Shown: piece by piece, positions 1 through 9,220 of the stretch
Position numbering within the stretch: position 1 is the first letter of the stretch
Layout of the letters: the number at the start of each line of letters is the position of its first letter
Assembly: GCA_965223005.1 (NCBI GenBank)
Contig: CBDCVK010000006.1
Span: 105,838-169,837, forward strand
Reading direction: 5' to 3'
Length of the DNA: 64,000 bases
Source: Terriglobia bacterium
GTDB lineage: Bacteria > Acidobacteriota > Terriglobia > JAJPHL01 > JAPKYU01
The notes under the pieces: generated by a model
Database searches by the model: none
What the model was told of the DNA's origin: nothing
What the model saw: only the letters and a program-made list of their open reading frames with translations
Made by a program: the position numbers and the translations under genes

Positions 1-196
1 CGGACGTGACGTGGCCCGCCTTCAGGCCACCAAACCGCACCAGGGCTCCCGGCTCCAAGCCGCCAGCAAATTTGAGGTAGGTTTTGTACCCGACGTATTC
101 TGTTCCCAGCCCCACCCCCGTCATGTAAAAGACCGCCGTCACCAGGATGGCCACCGCGACCAGCACCATCAGGCCCACTTTTGCTTGGTCGTTCAT
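1..196 (-). CDS. mlaD: MCE/MlaD family protein (5' part, runs off the window edge)
   Basis: Manual translation from ATG 196: MNDQAKVGLMVLVAVAILVTAVFY...YKTYLKFAGGLEPGALVRFGGLKAGHVTS, a TM anchor plus MCE motif. ATGA overlap with the mlaF stop. Confidence 0.85.
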   Translation of the reverse strand, partial: MNDQAKVGLMVLVAVAILVTAVFYMTGVGLGTEYVGYKTYLKFAGGLEPGALVRFGGLKAGHVTS

Positions 197-1062
197 ATCG
201 ATCCCGCCGAACCAGCGCGTTTTTGCAGCTCGGGCCTCGCGGATTCTGCTGTCTTGCCGTTGCGGCCGGCGTCGCCCTCTGTGCCGAGCAGCGCTTGGAC
301 GTAATCGGAAGCCTCGAGGCTCTCGTCGTCGGGAACGCGGTCCAGGAACTGGCGAACACGGGGTTGTGTACTGCCCTGGATTTCCTCGCGGGTACCGCTG
401 GCGATAACCCGTCCCTTGTGCACCATAGTGATGCGGTCAGCAATCAGGAAGGCGCTGGCCAGCTCGTGGGTGACCACTACGATCGTCATGCCGAACGCCT
501 GCTTTAATTTTACGATCAGCTCATCAATGCCAGCGGCAATGATGGGGTCCAGGCCGGCGGAAGGCTCGTCGAACAGGAGGATCTCCGGATCCATGGCCAT
601 GGCGCGGGCGACGGCGGCTCGCTTCTTCATGCCTCCAGAGAGCTGGGACGGCATGTAGTTCTCAAAGCCCGCCAGCCCCACCTGCTCCAGTTTCATTCGC
701 GTGATGATCTGGATGGTGGACTCTTCCAATTCGGTGTGCTCGCGCAGCGGCAGGGCCACGTTGTCCCCTACCGTCATGGAATTGAACATCGCTGACCCCT
801 GGAACGACATTCCCATCTTGCGCCGGATCTGATTCAGTTCGCGCTCCGGGAGGCGGCAAAAGTCGTGTCCCATGATGTAGACGAAACCAGAGGTGGGTGT
901 CTCCAGGCCCACGATGTGCCGCAGCAGCGTGCTCTTGCCCGAGCCGCTGCCGCCTAGGATGACCATCGTTTGGCCGCGGTGAACGTCCATGCTGACCCCT
1001 TGCAACACCGGTCGCGTCCCGTAGTGGGCCACCAGGTTCTGGACGGAAATAATCGGCTCCAT
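193..1062 (-). CDS. mlaF: ABC transporter ATP-binding protein, MlaF/Mkl family
   Basis: Walker A GGSGSGKS, signature LSGGMKKR, Walker B LLFDEP, H-loop VVTH. Start taken at ATG 1062. Confidence 0.9.
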   Translation of the reverse strand: MEPIISVQNLVAHYGTRPVLQGVSMDVHRGQTMVILGGSGSGKSTLLRHIVGLETPTSGFVYIMGHDFCRLPERELNQIRRKMGMSFQGSAMFNSMTVGDNVALPLREHTELEESTIQIITRMKLEQVGLAGFENYMPSQLSGGMKKRAAVARAMAMDPEILLFDEPSAGLDPIIAAGIDELIVKLKQAFGMTIVVVTHELASAFLIADRITMVHKGRVIASGTREEIQGSTQPRVRQFLDRVPDDESLEASDYVQALLGTEGDAGRNGKTAESARPELQKRAGSAGSI

Positions 1063-1131
1063 GTGTAACGTTCCAAGTCGGAGGTTCAAAGTCAAGTTCC
1101 GACCTTGGGCCTTGGACCTTGAACCAGATCG

Positions 1132-1920
1132 TCAGCCTAGCACATAAAAGAAACCAGTGAAGATCACGTCCGCTACGATCACGCTGAAAATCGAAATCAC
1201 CACCGACGAGGTGGTCGAGCGCCCCACGCCCTCCGGCCCGCCGGTCACGGTGAAACCCTCGTAGCAGCCGATCTGCACGATGACCATCCCGAACACGACG
1301 CTTTTGATCAGCCCCGTAATGATGTCGCGCATCACCAACGCTTCAGCGGTGGCCAGCAGGTACTGGCGTAGCCCCATCCCCAGCTCGGAAGTATAGGCGA
1401 ACGTCGCCCCGCCCAGTATCCCCATCAGGTCGGCGATCATGGTCAGACACGGCATCATCACGATCATCGCCAGAAATTTCGGGACCAAAAGGAAGTGAAT
1501 GGGATTCAAGCCCATGGTGACCAGCGCATCCACTTCCTCGCTGACCTTCATGGTTCCCAATTCGGCAGCGAACGCCGAACCGGAACGCCCAATGACAATG
1601 ATCGCGGTCATCAGGGGACCCAATTCGCGGGTTATGGAAACGCCTACCAGGTCCACCACAAGGTGAAGGGCGCCGATCTTCCTCATCTCATAGGCGCCCT
1701 GGAGGGCCATGATGAGGCCAATAAAGAAGCCGATCAGGCAAACCACGGGCACCGCCTGGATGCCCACCGATACCATCTGGTGAATGGCAGTGCTCCAGCG
1801 CAACCTGCTCCCGCGAAAAGGCGCAACGAGAGTCCAGTAGAATCCCGCCTTGGTCTGGCGGGAAACACCTCCCATATACTCCAGCAAGCGAACCGTATGG
1901 GCTCCAATGGCGGAGAGCAT
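1132..1920 (-). CDS. mlaE: MlaE family ABC transporter permease
   Basis: RELGPLMTAIIVIGRSGSAFAAELGTMKVSEEVDAL and GGPEGVGRSTT motifs. Confidence 0.93.
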   Translation of the reverse strand: MLSAIGAHTVRLLEYMGGVSRQTKAGFYWTLVAPFRGSRLRWSTAIHQMVSVGIQAVPVVCLIGFFIGLIMALQGAYEMRKIGALHLVVDLVGVSITRELGPLMTAIIVIGRSGSAFAAELGTMKVSEEVDALVTMGLNPIHFLLVPKFLAMIVMMPCLTMIADLMGILGGATFAYTSELGMGLRQYLLATAEALVMRDIITGLIKSVVFGMVIVQIGCYEGFTVTGGPEGVGRSTTSSVVISIFSVIVADVIFTGFFYVLG

Positions 1921-1980
1921 GGCGGTGCTCAGGTCGCGAAACGCTTGGGCCGTCTTCCTCGGGTGGGCGGGGCGCCGGCG

Positions 1981-2319
1981 TTAAGCTTTCAGCGCCTCTT
2001 CTACCGTGTCATAGATGTCGAAGACCTTGATCAGTCGGGTCAGTTCCAGCACCTGTCGCGGCGCCTTGTTGAGTCCGCAGAGCGCAAAACGGATCTGTGC
2101 CTTCCGCGCCAGCTGCAACCCTTCGACAAGCGAGGCGACCCCGGAACTGTCAACGTACTTGACCCCGGTCAGGTTCAACAGCACGCGGTCTCCGCTCTTC
2201 TGGTTCAGCTCGTCCAGAATGGTTTGGCGCACCTGAGGGGAGGAGTACAGGTCAATGTCACCCACCACGTCAATCACGGAGGTTCCGCCTTCTTTGCGGA
2301 CTTTGATCTGAATGCTCAT
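1981..2319 (-). CDS. STAS-domain protein, anti-sigma factor antagonist (RsbV/SpoIIAA-like)
   Basis: GDIDLYSSP and YVDSSGVASL (phospho-acceptor Ser motif), 112 aa. Confidence 0.9.
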   Translation of the reverse strand: MSIQIKVRKEGGTSVIDVVGDIDLYSSPQVRQTILDELNQKSGDRVLLNLTGVKYVDSSGVASLVEGLQLARKAQIRFALCGLNKAPRQVLELTRLIKVFDIYDTVEEALKA

Positions 2320-2750
2320 TCTGTGACAGCGCCAGTTTCGACGCGCCGGCGCGGGCGCAAAGATTTGGCCAAGAACAACTCGTTCCCTTGTTCACTGGGC
2401 CGGTAGCGAACTTCGTCCATAACGGAACGGATCAAGTGCGTTCCCAATCCGCCGGGTCGGACTTCCTCCAGGGGACGTGGCTGTAGGCTGTCCGGTCGCG
2501 GCGAGCGTCCCTGGTCCACCAGCAGGAACTCGATCCGGTCCTCCTTGGCGGAGCAGGAGAGGCCGATTTCCCCGTCTGTGCGGCCTTGGTACGCATGGCG
2601 GATGACGTTAGCGCAAGCTTCATCCACGGCCAGGATGATGAACTGCGCTTCGTCCTCAGCAAAACCGCAATGCTCCGCCATTTCCCCAACCAGGCAGCGG
2701 ACTGTGCGCAACAGCCGGGGGTCGCTGGGAAAACGAAGATCCAATCTCAA
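2316..2750 (-). CDS. RsbW/SpoIIAB-like serine kinase (HATPase_c_2)
   Basis: N-box LAVDEACANVIRHAY, G1 DQG, G2 GGLGTHLI. ATGA overlap with the STAS gene. Confidence 0.88.
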   Translation of the reverse strand: MRLDLRFPSDPRLLRTVRCLVGEMAEHCGFAEDEAQFIILAVDEACANVIRHAYQGRTDGEIGLSCSAKEDRIEFLLVDQGRSPRPDSLQPRPLEEVRPGGLGTHLIRSVMDEVRYRPSEQGNELFLAKSLRPRRRVETGAVTE

Positions 2751-2870
2751 AAGCGCACCCCTAGATCAGTTGGGAAGAAAAGCGAATGTATACCAAACTT
2801 GGCCAAGCGCCAAGGGGAAAAGCAGGCGCGGGCCTGGACGTGGCTTTCGGTCCGGCGCGGAGCCGACTAA

Positions 2871-3001
2871 CAGGGTGCTGAAGAACTGATCTTGCGGACC
2901 GCTTGCTTGCGCGCGCGGCTCGGTAACTACTGGAGAATCAGTCAAGCTGATTGAGAGCCGCGACCATTAGCGAGTTGTTTCCCGGGTTTTTCAGCACGCT
3001 G
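2871..3001. mobile_element. MITE-like element (131 bp) with an internal REP-like palindrome
   Basis: Terminal IR CAGGGTGCTGAAGAAC (2871-2886) / GTTTTTCAGCACGCTG (2986-3001), 14/16 match. Inner CGCGGCTC...GAGCCGCG stem. No ORF. Confidence 0.6.
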
Positions 3002-3146
3002 CTGGCTCTGGCAAAGTCAGCCCGGCGTCTTCTCCCAAGGAGCAGATCAACCCCTGGTCCCAAGGGCAGGTCCCCTCCCGGCCTATGAGGAGATCACGGC
3101 CGGGATGACCGTTGGGCCGATCGCCTTCCTGCGTTAGAATGAAAGC

Positions 3147-3508
3147 ATGCGGCATTTCCTTCTCATCACGTTGCTTGTTTGTTTTTGCGTGCTTTCGAGC
3201 CTGGCCCAAGGGGGAGGGGGGACCCTTGGAGCAAGCCCGCGCGAGCATCCGCACCGAGCCATTCCCTCCTCCTGCGTCTGCGGGGCATCCGCACCGATTC
3301 GCCATTCCCTCCTCCTGCGTCTTCCAAACTCTTGAAACACCGGCACGAACAGGCCAAGAAACTCAGCAGCCAGTTGGTGCAATTGGTCTCGGAGGTGGAC
3401 GAAGAGTTAAACAAAAGCGGGGCGAACATCCTGTCTGTAAGCACGCTTAAGAAACTCAAGCAGATTGAGAAACTGGCGCGCAAGCTCAGAGGGCGAATAA
3501 AGCAGTGA
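3147..3508 (+). pseudogene. Frameshifted secreted helical hypothetical protein
   Basis: Signal peptide MRHFLLITLLVCFCVLSSLAQ in one frame and a helical C-terminus (LVQLVSEVDEELNKSGANILSVSTLKKLKQIEKLARKL) in another. A G5-A-G6 run and a 40-bp tandem duplication lie between them. Confidence 0.55.
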
Positions 3509-3667
3509 ACAAGTTCTTGCTCTACCGTCCGAGGCTCGCCGTCACATGGCGCCTTCGAGGACCGGTATTTCTGCTGACTGCTGGTGACGGCGGCCGTTAC
3601 CCCTGTGCTGGGGAGCCCGCAACTTGAGGTTGTCTCTGGGCAGGCCACTGCCGGGCAGTGGCGGGTC

Positions 3668-4960
3668 CTACCGCTTGGCGTCAGCCGCCAGTTTCTTCAA
3701 ATACTTGAGTTGCTCGGTCCGCGATTTCACCTTGCCATCCAGTAGCGCCGTGAAGAGCGAGTTGAGGATTCGCCCGTAAGCAGGTGTCTCCGGAGCCACT
3801 CCCAGGGCCTGTAATTCCTTTTCAGGAAGTTTTTCTTTCAACGGGCGATGTCGGGAGATGTAGCCCTTGAGCTTGTCCTGAACCTTCCTCTGGGGGAAAT
3901 AGAGAAGGACAAACAGGAGTAGTTCAGCGGGCTGCGCAGACAGCAACTGGAATGCTTTCGACGGGGCGTTGGCCTCCTTGCTGGCCAGTCGGCGTACCAG
4001 TTGTTTGCCCCGCGCTTCCAGTTTCATCCAGGGTTCGGTGGCGGCTCGCTTCATCTTCAATCGTCGGACAAGGGTCGCGTAGTCACGGGAAGAAAGCCTC
4101 CGGGTCAGGTAAAAGACGCACGGCCCGTAGAGGCTGGCCCGCAGCCCATGTTCGTCCAGCCAGCGGGCGGTCTTCTCCATCCGGAGCACCTCTGGTAAGT
4201 TGAGTCGCCGGCCGCTCAGTTTCGAGTGGAACACCCGGGTCATTTCTTCCTTGTCCAGCGCCTTGAGGATTTCGCAGGGGCGTAACTCTTGCGTAATCTC
4301 GTACAGCTCCTTGCGCAGCCGCCCCGGCAGGGCGTGCTGCAACAGTTCCCGTTCCTTGGCCCAGTGGAACTGGGTCGCCGTTTTCGGATCGAGGGCAAAA
4401 TGGAGGCGAGAGCGGAAGCGCACCAGGCGCAGCAGGCGGGTCGGATCGTCGGCAAACGAGTAGTTGTGCAAGGATCGGATTTCGCGGCGCTCGATGTCAC
4501 CAACGCCGTTGTTGGGGTCCAGCACGAGACCCCGGGAGGCCCGGTTGAGCGAGAGCCCGATGGCGTTCATCGAGAAGTCGCGGCGCCGCAGGTCCATGTG
4601 GATATTGCCCGGCGCGATCTTCGGCTCGGCCCCAACTTTGGTGTAACGCTCGGATCGGCACTGGGCCAATTCCACGGTCACCTCACCGGGAAAGATCAGT
4701 TCGGCGGATTGGCGCTGCCGATCCATCTCGCGCACTTCCACGCCTGGCAACTTTTCCACCGCTCGCAGGAGCTTCAGCGCGTTGCCCTCGACGGCGAAGT
4801 CCAGGTCGCGGATCGGATGTCCGCACAGCATGTCCCGCAGTGCGCCCCCAACCAAAAAGAGATTGAGGTCCCGCTCTGCTGCTAGATGCTCTAGGCGCTG
4901 CACGACGGCTACTTGCTCCGGAGCCAGGCGGCTCTCCATCAGAAACAGGAAGTCAGGCAT
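3668..4960 (-). CDS. Class II tRNA nucleotidyltransferase / poly(A) polymerase family
   Basis: VGGALRD..DLDF, RRDFSMNA and FADDPTRLLR motifs. Confidence 0.9.
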   Translation of the reverse strand: MPDFLFLMESRLAPEQVAVVQRLEHLAAERDLNLFLVGGALRDMLCGHPIRDLDFAVEGNALKLLRAVEKLPGVEVREMDRQRQSAELIFPGEVTVELAQCRSERYTKVGAEPKIAPGNIHMDLRRRDFSMNAIGLSLNRASRGLVLDPNNGVGDIERREIRSLHNYSFADDPTRLLRLVRFRSRLHFALDPKTATQFHWAKERELLQHALPGRLRKELYEITQELRPCEILKALDKEEMTRVFHSKLSGRRLNLPEVLRMEKTARWLDEHGLRASLYGPCVFYLTRRLSSRDYATLVRRLKMKRAATEPWMKLEARGKQLVRRLASKEANAPSKAFQLLSAQPAELLLFVLLYFPQRKVQDKLKGYISRHRPLKEKLPEKELQALGVAPETPAYGRILNSLFTALLDGKVKSRTEQLKYLKKLAADAKR

Positions 4961-4996
4961 GATCGTCAGTCACCAACCGCCGTCACCAATTCTGGC

Positions 4997-5890
4997 TCAA
5001 GCCCTGGGGTGATGGCGCAGGAATACTTGTCGTAGTCGCTCGGACAGCACATGGGTATAGATCTGAGTAGTAGCAATGTCAGCGTGTCCCAGCATCTGCT
5101 GCACGGAGCGCAGGTCGGCGCCGCGCGCCAGCAGGTGTGTCGCGAAACTGTGGCGCAGCAGATGGGGGGTCAACCGCTGGCGGATGCCAGCCTGCCGCCC
5201 GGCCTGCACCATCATCTTCCAGAATGCCTGGCGCGTCAGACGCGTTCCGCGCCGGCTGACGAACAAAAAGGGCGAAGTGCGCCGTCCCAGCAAGGCCTGG
5301 CGGGCGCCGCGCTGGTAGGCCTCCACCGCCTCCAGCCCCGAACGTCCCACTGGCACCAGCCGCTGCTTGTTGCCCTTGCCCGTCACCTGAAGGTAGCCCA
5401 GTTGGGCGTGCAGGTCGCCGGTACGCAGCGCAACCAGTTCCGAGACGCGCAAGCCGGTGGAGTAGAGCAGCTCGAGCATGGCGCGGTCCCGCGCCCCTTC
5501 GGGGCTGCCGGGATCGGGGGTTGCCAGCAGGCACTCGACATCTTCCAGGGCTAGATAGCGGGGCAGGGTCTTCCAGGTCTTGGGCGATTCCAGGTTCAGT
5601 GTGGGGTCGGTTTTGAGCACACCGTCGCGCAGTAATTGCCGATAGAAGCCGCGGAGCGTGGCCAGGTGGCGGGCGATGCTCCGTCCGTCCAGCTTGGCTG
5701 CGTACAGCGAGGCCAGATACCGCTGCACGTCAGGCCGAGTGGCTTCTTCGGGGCGCCGACCCCCGTTTTCCAAGAAAGCGGCGTAGCGGTGCAGATCGCG
5801 TTCGTAAGCAGCCGCCGTGTTCAGGGCGAGGCGCTTTTCCACACGGATGTAGTTCAAGAACTCGGCGATCCGACGCCGGCCCTTGCTCAG
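4997..5890 (-). CDS. xerD: Site-specific tyrosine recombinase XerD
   Basis: YSTGLRVSEL, GKGNKQRLVP, PHLLRHSFATHLL, MLGHADIATTQIYTHV. Start extended from TTG 5857 to an in-frame CTG at 5890 (uncertain). Confidence 0.9.
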   Translation of the reverse strand: MSKGRRRIAEFLNYIRVEKRLALNTAAAYERDLHRYAAFLENGGRRPEEATRPDVQRYLASLYAAKLDGRSIARHLATLRGFYRQLLRDGVLKTDPTLNLESPKTWKTLPRYLALEDVECLLATPDPGSPEGARDRAMLELLYSTGLRVSELVALRTGDLHAQLGYLQVTGKGNKQRLVPVGRSGLEAVEAYQRGARQALLGRRTSPFLFVSRRGTRLTRQAFWKMMVQAGRQAGIRQRLTPHLLRHSFATHLLARGADLRSVQQMLGHADIATTQIYTHVLSERLRQVFLRHHPRA

Positions 5891-5907
5891 GTCAGCCTTC
5901 GGTCGAA

Positions 5908-7503
5908 CTACGCCGACTGCCCCGGGCCGGGTTCGGGTGGCCGCCTTCTTTGTTTCGCGATTCCGTATAACTCGCTGACCTCCTCACAGCGTAACAATCG
6001 GGCCATGCCAAAGAATACCAGGATTCCCGCGGCCAGCATGCCGGCCAGCATCATCACCTGCCAGCTCAGGGGATGTGGCTGCTGGAAGCCGGAGGCCTGC
6101 AACATGCTCCAGCAGGCCAGCCCCATAACAGCAGTTGCCACCGACGCCTTGCCCACCGAAAGCAGGATGGCGCGATGGCCCAGCTCGCCGTAGCGGCGCA
6201 CGAAAATCCCCAGCAGCAGGGCGAAGTTGAGGAAACCGGCCAGTGAGGTGGCCGCTGCCGGACCGCCATTGCGCAGGGGCTCGAGAAACATAAAGTTAAA
6301 CACCACGTTAGCCACCATGACGATGGCAGCAACCTTCACCGGCGTGCGCATGTCCTGGGTCGAGTAGAAAGCGGGCACGATGATCTTGGTCGCGGCAAAC
6401 CAGGGCAGGCCAAAGGCAAAGAACAGCAAGGCCCAGGCAGTTATCTGGGTGGAGCGCTCATCGAAACGCCCATGCTGGAACAACACCTGGATGATTGGCT
6501 CCCGCAAGATCACCAGGCCTACCATCGCTGGGATGGTTATAAAGGAAACAATGCGCAGGGAAAAGGAAATTGTTTGTCGCAGCGCGTCCATGTTCTTTTC
6601 TACTACCTGCTGGGCCATCATCGGCAGGATGGCCGTTGCCACGGCAATGGCGTAGCCACCCAACACCAGCTCCATGACCCGGTCGGCGATTTGCAGTGAC
6701 ATCAGGCTGCCCTGGGGCATCAACTTATGGGTCGCAAACACGGTATCCACCACAAAGTTGATCTGGGCCACGCCAATTCCTACAAACCCGGGCACCATCA
6801 GCTGAGCCACTCGACGGATTCCCGGGTGGCGAAAGGAAATTCCGAAACTGAAGCGCATCCCGTGCCTCCACAGCAAGGGAAGCTGCAGGGCGAGCTGGAG
6901 GAGACCACCAAGTACGACTCCAAACGCCAGTGGAATTGCAGGCTGCTCGAAGCGGAGAGCTACCAAAGAAAAGCCAATGACACTCAGGTTCAATAGTACC
7001 GGGGCCAGCGCCGGAACGGCAAAGATCCGAAAGCTGTTCAGGATGGCCATGGCGAGCGCTGACAGGCCGATGAAGAAAATGTAAGGCCACATGATGCGGT
7101 TCAGCAGAACCGCCAGCTCGAGGTCCACATTGCCGGTGCCCAGCGTCAACAAGTCCACCAGGGTGGGAGAGAAAATGACGCCCAGTACCGTAACGACCGC
7201 CAGCAACAGCGAGAGCGTCCAGAACATGCGATTGGCAAATTCCCTCCACTCGTGGCTCTCCTTTTCCTTGAGGAAGGTGGCGAAAACGGGAATAAATGAG
7301 GCGCTCATTGAACCTTCCGCCACTAGCCTTCTGAGAAGATTGGGAATCCTGTAGGCAAGGACGAAGGAATCACTAACCACGGAGGTGCCCAGAATGTAGG
7401 CAATTCGCTGGTCGCGGACGTAGCCCAATACGCGGCTGACCAGGGTCAGCGTGCTAATGATCCCCGCCGACCGTAAAATCTGCTTTGTATCTTTCGAGGA
7501 CAG
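5908..7503 (-). CDS. murJ: Lipid II flippase MurJ (MviN)
   Basis: SRVLGYVRD, AYRIPNLLRRLVAEG, many TM segments. The conserved N-terminus extends to CTG 7503, which follows a GGAG. Confidence 0.93.
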   Translation of the reverse strand: MSSKDTKQILRSAGIISTLTLVSRVLGYVRDQRIAYILGTSVVSDSFVLAYRIPNLLRRLVAEGSMSASFIPVFATFLKEKESHEWREFANRMFWTLSLLLAVVTVLGVIFSPTLVDLLTLGTGNVDLELAVLLNRIMWPYIFFIGLSALAMAILNSFRIFAVPALAPVLLNLSVIGFSLVALRFEQPAIPLAFGVVLGGLLQLALQLPLLWRHGMRFSFGISFRHPGIRRVAQLMVPGFVGIGVAQINFVVDTVFATHKLMPQGSLMSLQIADRVMELVLGGYAIAVATAILPMMAQQVVEKNMDALRQTISFSLRIVSFITIPAMVGLVILREPIIQVLFQHGRFDERSTQITAWALLFFAFGLPWFAATKIIVPAFYSTQDMRTPVKVAAIVMVANVVFNFMFLEPLRNGGPAAATSLAGFLNFALLLGIFVRRYGELGHRAILLSVGKASVATAVMGLACWSMLQASGFQQPHPLSWQVMMLAGMLAAGILVFFGMARLLRCEEVSELYGIAKQRRRPPEPGPGQSA

Positions 7504-7608
7504 CTACGAAGTCTCCAGAAATGAGTGAGTTACGCCCTGGTCAGCTTGACATCCCACGAACGCTATACTAGCATAGCCCGACGCCTTGGGGCAAAAGGGC
7601 GCGATGAG

Positions 7609-8124
7609 GTGTCTGGCGCGACCTTGAGTCAGTCCACACACAAGCGGGTCTTGGTTCGAAAAATGAATAAGGAGGTCGTGCGTGGCTATGTGAATCCCCA
7701 AACTTTCCTCAAATCTGAAGGGGTTGAGATACTTTCTGTCACCGGGCAGGTTGTCTCCCTGTCCTACAAGGAGATCAAGGGTGTCCATTTCGTCCGGGAC
7801 TTCGAAGGCAATCCCAGCCACCTGGAGCGCAAGGTGTTCACTTCCCGGCCCAAGTTGGACGGCCTGTGGCTGCGGATGAAATTCAAGGACAACGAAGTGC
7901 TGGACGGCATCTTGCCCAACAACCTTTTGCTGGTCGGCGAAAAAGGTTTCACCGTGGTTCCCCCAGACCCCTATGCGAACAGTCAGCGCATTTATGTCCC
8001 AAAGTCTTCGCTGGCTGAACTGACCGTCATGGGAGTGATTGGGAACCCGCTCAGGCACCCGCTGAGGCAGAAGAAGCGCGCTGCGGTAGCGGCGCAGGCG
8101 CAAATCCGACTGTTTACCGAATAG
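7609..8124 (+). CDS. Conserved hypothetical protein (DUF6982-like)
   Basis: ORF with STHKRVLVRK, RPKLDGLWLRMKFKDNEVLDG and PPDPYANSQRIYVP. Start uncertain (7525, 7609 or 7624). Confidence 0.65.
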   Translation: MSGATLSQSTHKRVLVRKMNKEVVRGYVNPQTFLKSEGVEILSVTGQVVSLSYKEIKGVHFVRDFEGNPSHLERKVFTSRPKLDGLWLRMKFKDNEVLDGILPNNLLLVGEKGFTVVPPDPYANSQRIYVPKSSLAELTVMGVIGNPLRHPLRQKKRAAVAAQAQIRLFTE

Positions 8125-8173
8125 CCGTGGCTCGGCCCATTGGCCTCATCCTCGAACTGGAACGCTAACTCCC

Positions 8174-9220
8174 ATGAAACTTTCCAAAATTGCTGAACGG
8201 CTGAGCTGCGCCCTGGAGGGCGACGGCGAGTTGGAAATCACCGGCGTTGCTGGCATGGAGCAGGCCGGACCCTCCGAACTGACCTTTCTAGCCAACCCGC
8301 GCTATGCGCCCAGGTTGAGCCAGACCCGGGCGGCGGCGGCCGTTGTCTCCCCCGATATAGGGTCCATCGGGCGGCCGGTGCTCCGCTCGCCCAATCCTTA
8401 CCTGTGCTTTGCTCGGGCGCTGGAGTTGTTCTACCGCCCGCCACGACCCGTGCCGGGCATTCATCCGCAGGCAGCCGTCGCGGCCAGCGCGCGCCTGGGA
8501 AAAAACGCCAGCGTGGGTCCTTTCGTCTCCATTGATGAGGACGTGGAGATTGGTGACAACGCCGTGCTGCACTCCCATGTAGCCGTCTATCGCGGGGCGC
8601 GCATTGGAAACGATTTCTATGCCCACAGCCACGCTGTAGTCCGAGAGTATTGCCGGATCGGTGACCGGGTCATCTTGCAAAACGGCGTCATCATCGGGTC
8701 CGACGGCTACGGGTTTGCCCGCCAGGACGATGGCAGTCACTACAAAATCGTGCAGGCGGGCGTGGTGATCCTGGAAGATGACGTGGAAGTGCAGGCCCAT
8801 AGCTGCATTGACCGGGGAACAATGGGCGAGACACGCATCAAGGCCGGCGCCAAGATTGACAACCTGGTGCAGGTGGGCCATGCCTGCACAGTCGGCGAGA
8901 ATAGTCTGCTGTGCGCCCAGGTAGGGTTGGCGGGCAGCACCGAACTGGGCCGCAATGTGCTACTGGCCGGTCAGGCTGCTTCTGCCGGCCACCTCAAGAT
9001 GGGCGACGGCGCCGTGCTGACTGCCAAGTCGGCTGTCCACCGCGATGTCCCCGCAGGGCAGATGATTTCCGGCGCGCCCGGCCTGGACAACAAGCTGTGG
9101 CTGCGCTGCATCACCGCCTTCAGCCGTCTACCCGAACTGTTCCACACGGTTCGGGACCTGAAGGGAGAAGTGGAGCGGTTGAGGAAACCCCCCAGGAAAA
9201 GTAAACGGAAAAGCGCATGA
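8174..9220 (+). CDS. lpxD: UDP-3-O-(3-hydroxyacyl)glucosamine N-acyltransferase
   Basis: LTFLANPRY, hexapeptide repeats, IGSDGYGFA, KIDNLVQVGH. Confidence 0.96.
   Translation: MKLSKIAERLSCALEGDGELEITGVAGMEQAGPSELTFLANPRYAPRLSQTRAAAAVVSPDIGSIGRPVLRSPNPYLCFARALELFYRPPRPVPGIHPQAAVAASARLGKNASVGPFVSIDEDVEIGDNAVLHSHVAVYRGARIGNDFYAHSHAVVREYCRIGDRVILQNGVIIGSDGYGFARQDDGSHYKIVQAGVVILEDDVEVQAHSCIDRGTMGETRIKAGAKIDNLVQVGHACTVGENSLLCAQVGLAGSTELGRNVLLAGQAASAGHLKMGDGAVLTAKSAVHRDVPAGQMISGAPGLDNKLWLRCITAFSRLPELFHTVRDLKGEVERLRKPPRKSKRKSA

Noticed and set aside
1070-1125. Heptamer-like repeats (CCTTGGG CCTTGGA CCTTGAA) between mlaE and mlaF
   Set aside because: Short and degenerate, not enough to assign a function.
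4997-5890. xerD as a mobile-element integrase
   Set aside because: Canonical XerD motifs and housekeeping context between murJ and the tRNA nucleotidyltransferase.
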